NCBI GenBank assembly: GCA_018649885.1
Contig: JABIHA010000086.1
Span: 119,059 to 139,058, forward strand
Source of the DNA: Bacteriovoracaceae bacterium
GTDB lineage: Bacteria > Bdellovibrionota > Bacteriovoracia > Bacteriovoracales > Bacteriovoracaceae
Direction: 5' to 3'
DNA: 20,000 nt
The notes beneath the pieces are model-generated. The model ran no database searches and was not told the origin of the DNA. It worked only from the letters and a program-made list of their open reading frames with translations. Positions within the stretch are counted from its first letter, which is position 1, and every line of letters begins with the position of its first letter. Below, piece after piece: positions 14,856 to 20,000 of this stretch. A program made the translations under genes and the position numbers.

Positions 14856-15485
14856 ATGTTTAAAATTATTAGATACTCACTATTGGGTCTAGTTATGACC
14901 TGCCTTTTGCCCTCTGTCTTTTGTGAGGAGGTCCAAAGTATCAATCTAGAGCTGGATGTGGTGACTCTTGGTGACTCAGAAATTGTATTAAATAAGAGTG
15001 TTGAAAGTGCAGCTGATACAAATATACCCCAAAAAAATGGAAGGAGTTGGCCATATTTTTATATTGGAAGTGGCATGTCCTCAGCGACACATTCTCAGGT
15101 TGTACCTCTTATTTATTCGGCCCTTCAAGGTGATGTTTGGACACTGTCTTTTATGTCAACTGGTTATCAAAATAGCCTGATGTATCAATCAAATTATCTC
15201 TTTAGTGGTTTTTTTCAATTCCCTGAAAAAATGATTTTTGGACATTCTCTTTTTGCTGGAGTTGGCTGGGGTTATTACCACTACCGCTTGGGATTTAGGT
15301 CGGGAAAAAGTGAGCCTAAATTGGAAAAAATCAACTATGCAACAGGTCCTAGCATGAGGGCAATGTATCAAATTTGGGGGCCCGCATTTATTGGTGTGGA
15401 GGCGATGTTTGGCATTCGAGGACTTTTAAATATTTTTAATACCTACCAGTCTGTTGCCAATATTGTTGTGGGAGTAAAAATTTGA
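14856..15485 (+). CDS. Hypothetical secreted protein, probable outer-membrane beta-barrel
   Basis: Signal peptide, alternating aromatic/Gly strands (FYIGSG, LFAGVGWGYYHY, FIGVEAMFG) and terminal strand IVVGVKI. Confidence 0.55.
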   Translation: MFKIIRYSLLGLVMTCLLPSVFCEEVQSINLELDVVTLGDSEIVLNKSVESAADTNIPQKNGRSWPYFYIGSGMSSATHSQVVPLIYSALQGDVWTLSFMSTGYQNSLMYQSNYLFSGFFQFPEKMIFGHSLFAGVGWGYYHYRLGFRSGKSEPKLEKINYATGPSMRAMYQIWGPAFIGVEAMFGIRGLLNIFNTYQSVANIVVGVKI

Positions 15486-15883
15486 AAAGTTTAACGGCCA
15501 GACTATTCCTAGTGATCTGTATATTGACAAATTTTAGTGCTCATTCAAAAACCAGGACTGAGGCAAATTTGGGACATATATTTTTGGGGGTGGGAAATGT
15601 ATTTCTACCGGCGACAGTTCGAGTTGGTCACCATCAATATGAATTTGGGATACTAGACAGTGAATTCTTAGGAGCTGTCTATTTAGTAGATGTCTATGAA
15701 GATATTTTTTCTTCAATTGGCGTTGGCTACCATTTTGAAAAGAGTATGGGAATTTATGGATCTGTGGGGTGGGAGTTTTTAAAATGGGAGTTTCTCACTG
15801 TTAGGGGAGAGTTTAGTGCTCATGGAACCTATAAAAATACAACATTAGCAACACTTCTGATTGGAATATCAGCTCATATTTAG
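15482..15883 (+). CDS. Hypothetical small secreted protein, probable beta-barrel
   Basis: Signal peptide, strands SIGVGY, GIYGSVGWEF, LTVRGEFS and terminal LLIGISAHI. TTG start overlaps the previous stop. Confidence 0.5.
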   Translation: MKSLTARLFLVICILTNFSAHSKTRTEANLGHIFLGVGNVFLPATVRVGHHQYEFGILDSEFLGAVYLVDVYEDIFSSIGVGYHFEKSMGIYGSVGWEFLKWEFLTVRGEFSAHGTYKNTTLATLLIGISAHI

Positions 15884-15891
15884 GAAGTACC

Positions 15892-16572
15892 ATGAATAAA
15901 TTTTACCGCAGTGTTTTAATAATCTTATTTTGCTCATTCACGCTTGGTTTTAAACCCTTGGGGCATCAAAGGTGGGGAATAAGCGAAGCTGATCCCTATG
16001 TATGGATTAAGCTTTGTAATAATGGAGTCAGCATATCAGGTCAAAGTTTTCCTCCCAGTGATTATATATTTTATACCGATAGAAATATAAGGACGGTGGC
16101 CCAATCACTTATTGATGATATTAATAATATGGAGGGGACTTTTTTGAAACTAGAGCTCTTTCCTGAAGACGTTGATAATATTCCCGCTACCTCTTATTAT
16201 GATTCAACCCTGGCAAAAGAAAGAACCATTGAATACTGCGGTAAGAAGTTACTATTTCCATTTGCTGCGGGCCTTGCCAAGCCTGAAATAAGTGGCAATC
16301 GAATCACTGGTTGCGAAATTCAAATTAACAAAGATCTTGAAAGTGAGGGCGTTAGTTGGGCCAGAACTTTTGTTCATGAATTGGGGCATTGTATAGGCCT
16401 TGATCATCCTCAGGAAGTTGTGGACGCCATTATGTCTTACTTTAGTGCTAGTGGTGAATTTAGATACTTAATTGATGATAAAATGGGTATAGTCACCTTA
16501 TACCCTGCAAGGGCAGCGGGCGACTTAGAAACCCATAATACTCTTGGATTAAAGTGTTCTTTCAGAGATTAA
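15892..16572 (+). CDS. Secreted zinc metalloprotease, metzincin (matrixin/M10-like)
   Basis: HELGHCIGLDH (HExxHxxGxxH), Met-turn AIMSY, DDKMGIVTLY and a signal peptide. Confidence 0.85.
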   Translation: MNKFYRSVLIILFCSFTLGFKPLGHQRWGISEADPYVWIKLCNNGVSISGQSFPPSDYIFYTDRNIRTVAQSLIDDINNMEGTFLKLELFPEDVDNIPATSYYDSTLAKERTIEYCGKKLLFPFAAGLAKPEISGNRITGCEIQINKDLESEGVSWARTFVHELGHCIGLDHPQEVVDAIMSYFSASGEFRYLIDDKMGIVTLYPARAAGDLETHNTLGLKCSFRD

Positions 16573-17525
16573 TAAAAAAAATATTCAAACCAAGCGTTGT
16601 TAAAGTACTCGTCTTTAATGTTCAAAATTTATTTCTTTTTATTGATGATGGATCGATCCCAAATTTGAGTGAGTTGGATGAACAAAAATGGAAAGACCTA
16701 TCACATTCACTCAACAGAAATAAAAAACTGAAAGACCTCTATGAAATAGCCAGAGTTATTGAAGAGCTTGATCCCGATATTGTGTTTATGGTCGAAGTCG
16801 GAGGCGTCCAGTCTCTCAGGTACTTCACTACTCTATTTTTAAAAAACCGTTACAAGGATATGATGATAGAGGGGAACTCAGATCGTGGTATTGATTTTGG
16901 TTATTTGATAAAAAATGATTTCTCCTATCAATGTTCAATTCATTCATCAAAAAATAGCACTATTGCCAAAAATGAATACTTCTCAAGAGATTGTCTCGAA
17001 TTAAAGGTGATGGATGGTAAGAAAGTGGTTCTATCTACACTCGGTGTACATTTAAAATCCAAATTAGATTTTAGGAAAAAAGATTATGAAGGAAGAAGAA
17101 AAAGGCAAAAGGAAGTAAGAGCACTTGTGAGAATCTTTGAGAAAAGAAAGAAGTGGTACGGGCCTGACACTCCGGTAATGCTCCTGGGTGATTTTAATGG
17201 GGTTGCTTCGACTAAATACTATGAACCGGAATTCTCACCCATCTATCAAAAAACGAGCTTAAAAGACTATCTAGAAATAATGAACGTCCCTCTAGATGAG
17301 CGGTTCACCCATGTCTATTTTGCCAAGGGAAACAGAGTTCAAAGACAACAGCTAGATTATATTTTTATTGAAGATAAGTACGGTGAATCCATTGATGAAA
17401 ATTTGAGCGGGGTTTACAGATACCCCGATCAATTTGGAGTGGATTACACAATTGATAGTATAAAAGAGAAAGTGGCCCTACCATCGGATCACTTTCCTGT
17501 TTATATGACTTTGAAATTAAAGTGA
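16554..17525 (+). CDS. Endonuclease/exonuclease/phosphatase (EEP) family protein
   Basis: VFNVQNLF, PDIVFMVEV, GNSDRGID, FSRD, HLKSK, LLGDFN, QLDYIF and PSDHFPV. Exact start uncertain. Confidence 0.9.
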   Translation: MFFQRLIKKIFKPSVVKVLVFNVQNLFLFIDDGSIPNLSELDEQKWKDLSHSLNRNKKLKDLYEIARVIEELDPDIVFMVEVGGVQSLRYFTTLFLKNRYKDMMIEGNSDRGIDFGYLIKNDFSYQCSIHSSKNSTIAKNEYFSRDCLELKVMDGKKVVLSTLGVHLKSKLDFRKKDYEGRRKRQKEVRALVRIFEKRKKWYGPDTPVMLLGDFNGVASTKYYEPEFSPIYQKTSLKDYLEIMNVPLDERFTHVYFAKGNRVQRQQLDYIFIEDKYGESIDENLSGVYRYPDQFGVDYTIDSIKEKVALPSDHFPVYMTLKLK

Positions 17526-17840
17526 CGTCTGAATAGTTTTTAGTTGCTGCTCAAGTGCCTTATTGATTCTTTTCATGAGGGCAATTTCAGCATGAAGTCT
17601 CATGGTTTCCATCCGCTTTTGCATCAACATCTCATTTTTCTTTTCAAGGGTGCGTCTTCTTCTTTTCAAGCGGTCGGTATAGGTGAGCTTTCTTCTTCTC
17701 TTTCCCTGAACATTGAGTTTTGGGAAATCCATATTCTGAGAATTTTGCTCAACTTCTTGTTCAAGGCTTAGTCCTTGAGAAAAGGCAAAATTACCTGAAA
17801 GCATTCCAATGCTTAATACTAGTACGTACAACCCGTTCAT
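17517..17840 (-). CDS. Small hypothetical exported protein with basic coiled coil
   Basis: Signal peptide MNGLYVLVLSIGMLSGNFAFS supports start 17840. C-terminus is R/K-rich and helical. Confidence 0.6.
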   Translation of the reverse strand: MNGLYVLVLSIGMLSGNFAFSQGLSLEQEVEQNSQNMDFPKLNVQGKRRRKLTYTDRLKRRRRTLEKKNEMLMQKRMETMRLHAEIALMKRINKALEQQLKTIQTSL

Positions 17841-18031
17841 ATTAGTCTCTCTTTCGTTAGAATTGATAACTCCTCCTGCGTACACCTGATTGAGCACAGA
17901 AGCTATTATAATCGTGCGGCGCGTAAATTTTTCGTGCTCTAAGTGGCTAAATTTTCTAAACTTTCAAAATTTGAACTTTCCATTAGAATGAAAGAGCGAG
18001 CAATCTGTTAATTAAAGTTTTGGAGGTTTAT

Positions 18032-18667
18032 ATGTCTTTTCCTAAGTTTGGGGGAGGGAAAAAAGGAAGTGCTGGGAAGAATAAAACTTCAGGTAACTTC
18101 ATGGGGAAATGCACTTATTTGATGATGGTGATCAAATCAAAGTGCCCGTCTGCTTACGATCGCTTGGCGCCTAAGTTTAAAACCGTCAAGGCCCACGAGT
18201 CGTCAGACTTTCATGACCTGCTTCAAGCAGAAGTAAAGCAACTTCAAGCTAATAACTGGAAAGACAAAGGTGAAGCGGAAGTCGAGGCCAAAGATGATCA
18301 CAAATTTGATCTGATACAGCCGGAAGATAATCCAAAGACCATAGAGAAGAAAAAGCGCAGAGAACAAGAAGAAAAACAAGCTGAGTTAGAGGCCAAAAAA
18401 GAGAGTCCTAAAAAAGTTGAAAAGGCTGCAAAACCTGCTGTCAAAAAAGTGGTAAAAAAAGCTGCTGTCAAAAAGACTGAAGCCGCTGCTAAAAAGAAAG
18501 TAGCAAAAAAGAAGGCCTCCACTACCGCAAAAAAGAAAGTGGTAAAGAAAAAAGCTGCCAAAAAAGCTGCTGTGAAAAAAGTGGTCGCTAAAAAGAAAGT
18601 CGCAAAGAAAAAGGTAGCTGCCAAAAAAACAGCTTCCAAAAAGAAAAAAGTCACTAAGAAAAAATAG
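18032..18667 (+). CDS. Protein with histone H1-like Lys/Ala-rich C-terminal tail
   Basis: GGAGG RBS before ATG 18032. The last ~90 aa are KKAA/KKVA/KKVV repeats. Confidence 0.8.
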   Translation: MSFPKFGGGKKGSAGKNKTSGNFMGKCTYLMMVIKSKCPSAYDRLAPKFKTVKAHESSDFHDLLQAEVKQLQANNWKDKGEAEVEAKDDHKFDLIQPEDNPKTIEKKKRREQEEKQAELEAKKESPKKVEKAAKPAVKKVVKKAAVKKTEAAAKKKVAKKKASTTAKKKVVKKKAAKKAAVKKVVAKKKVAKKKVAAKKTASKKKKVTKKK

Positions 18668-18690
18668 AAACCTTATATGGTGTTTTAATT

Positions 18691-18984
18691 GTGATCGTGC
18701 AAGAAGACATCGAGGTCATATCCAGGGAATCTATGGCCGAAAACTATTCTAATCTTTTTGAACTTCCCGTTATGTTTTCGATATTTTGCAGCTTTATTGC
18801 AATTTACCATATAACGGACAGTACATTCCTCATTTTAGCATGGATCTTTTTTCTATCACGAGTTATTCACTCTATAGTTCATATAACTATCAAAAAATTG
18901 AATCCAAGGTTTTCTAGTTATGGATTGGGAGTTTTAATTTTGTTAATTATGGTGGTGAGAATGGGGATCACACTCGCAGCTTGA
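18691..18984 (+). pseudogene. MAPEG-family membrane protein, apparently 5'-truncated
   Basis: NYSNLFELPVMF and LAWIFFLSRVIHSIVH are MAPEG motifs. The first TM helix and a clear RBS are missing, and an in-frame TAA at 18655-18657 prevents upstream extension. Confidence 0.55.
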
Positions 18985-19003
18985 TCCCAAGGCTTGAATT
19001 TTT

Positions 19004-19819
19004 CTAAAGAGCTCTGTAAGCAGCTCTCATGAGCATTGAGTAAATGATTTGATATTGGCCATAGATTCCAGGGTTATGACCTTCTGTTGGAACATCAATG
19101 AGGGCGGCAAAGAGAGTTTTTAGTTTTTCAATTAATTTTAACTCTTCACCATCAAAGCTTGCTAAGTTCATTTGTTCAAGATTTTCGAGAACTCTTTTAG
19201 CATTGGGAAGAACTGATCCCATTAGAACTCCTGCTTGGATCCAATCCCCATGTAGGGAGTATTTCTTGGTATAAAACCTGGACATTTTTGTGTTGAAATT
19301 AATGACTAGCCCAGATTTTTTAAATCCTTTAAGTTCAAGCTTAGTTAGGACCTTTTTGAAAGCTTTTATTGATGACGATTCTCGCATGCTGTACAGATCT
19401 TTATATCTAACTCTGTATGAATGGCTGCCATAATTGTATCTTCCGTCCCTGACATCCATAATTTGCTGTTCTGTGGGCATACTCTCAGTCCAATATTTAA
19501 CACGGCAATATAAATCTATTACAAATAAATCCTGTATTTCTTTAAGAGAATTTGCAGGTCGGTCTAGGTATTTATCATCACAGGTACTATCTAACTCAGT
19601 CTCCTGGTAATATTTCTCAAGAGTATCACCAATATGAGCTATCCATTTTTCATTGGCCCTATTTAGAGCGACGGGTTTATTTTCTTTTCCTTTAAGTCCA
19701 GAAACAGAAATAGCATAGAAGATATCTTTTAAGTCATCGGCTAAAGCTGTTGCTGGAATAACGAAGGATAGTAATAGTGATACACATAATGGTTTTGAGA
19801 AAATTAGTTGTTTTTTCAT
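19004..19819 (-). CDS. Hypothetical secreted protein
   Basis: 271-aa ORF with signal peptide ending ALA. No recognised domain. Confidence 0.65.
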   Translation of the reverse strand: MKKQLIFSKPLCVSLLLSFVIPATALADDLKDIFYAISVSGLKGKENKPVALNRANEKWIAHIGDTLEKYYQETELDSTCDDKYLDRPANSLKEIQDLFVIDLYCRVKYWTESMPTEQQIMDVRDGRYNYGSHSYRVRYKDLYSMRESSSIKAFKKVLTKLELKGFKKSGLVINFNTKMSRFYTKKYSLHGDWIQAGVLMGSVLPNAKRVLENLEQMNLASFDGEELKLIEKLKTLFAALIDVPTEGHNPGIYGQYQIIYSMLMRAAYRAL

Positions 19820-19926
19820 AGCACTATTGTATTACAAAAGCTTACCTCGCTTATATGGCCATTGTTATTATTACATGAGTGAATATATTTTAGACAGTTT
19901 CTCTGTAACTGCCCAATATACTGTTT

Positions 19927-20000
19927 TTAAAGAGATCGTATAGTTTGGGCAAGAAAAGGAAGTTCTCCGCGGGCCGAAGTTCGATCATCTAGGTATTTCC
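19927..20000 (-). CDS. Possible 3' end of a gene entering from beyond the window
   Basis: One minus-strand frame is open: KYLDDRTSARGELPFLAQTIRSL, stop at 19929-19927. Too short to identify. Confidence 0.3.
   Translation of the reverse strand, partial: KYLDDRTSARGELPFLAQTIRSL

Noticed and set aside
1850..17771. Other short ORFs nested in or antisense to longer genes (e.g. 1850-2041, 2151-2399, 2800-3123, 5421-5618, 11292-11513, 14269-14502, 17544-17771)
   Set aside because: They overlap well-supported genes and show no motifs or RBS. The 2535-2720 ORF spans a divergent promoter region and is likewise unsupported.
18298..18654. 118-aa hydrophobic F/A/T-rich minus-strand ORF
   Set aside because: It is the antisense shadow of the Lys/Ala repeat tail.

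Overview
AT-rich bacterial chromosomal segment. Gene content and style point to Bdellovibrionota, probably Bacteriovoracaceae/Halobacteriovorax-like (inference from REC plus degenerate HD-GYP and PilZ proteins, an RxPAS-motif secreted protein, many exported hypotheticals, and sigma28/sigma54-like promoters). Recognisable genes: the 3' end of arsC, a polar amino-acid ABC substrate-binding protein, a cyclophilin, an endonuclease III-like HhH glycosylase, recJ, a YVTN beta-propeller lipoprotein, a metzincin protease, an EEP nuclease/phosphatase, a histone H1-like protein and a truncated MAPEG gene. The most unusual region is about 6.7-9.8 kb. It holds a large secreted protein with atypical kinase-like motifs whose last ~100 codons switch abruptly to G/T-ending codons. 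This is followed by two ~120-nt tandem repeats containing GCCGGA-type hexamers, two hairpins, and a four-helix-bundle (Avd/IVP-like) gene with the same G/T skew. A 105-bp ERIC-like palindromic miniature element lies at 5226-5330. No rRNA, tRNA, CRISPR array, transposase or reverse transcriptase was seen. All calls come from reading motifs by eye; no searches were run.
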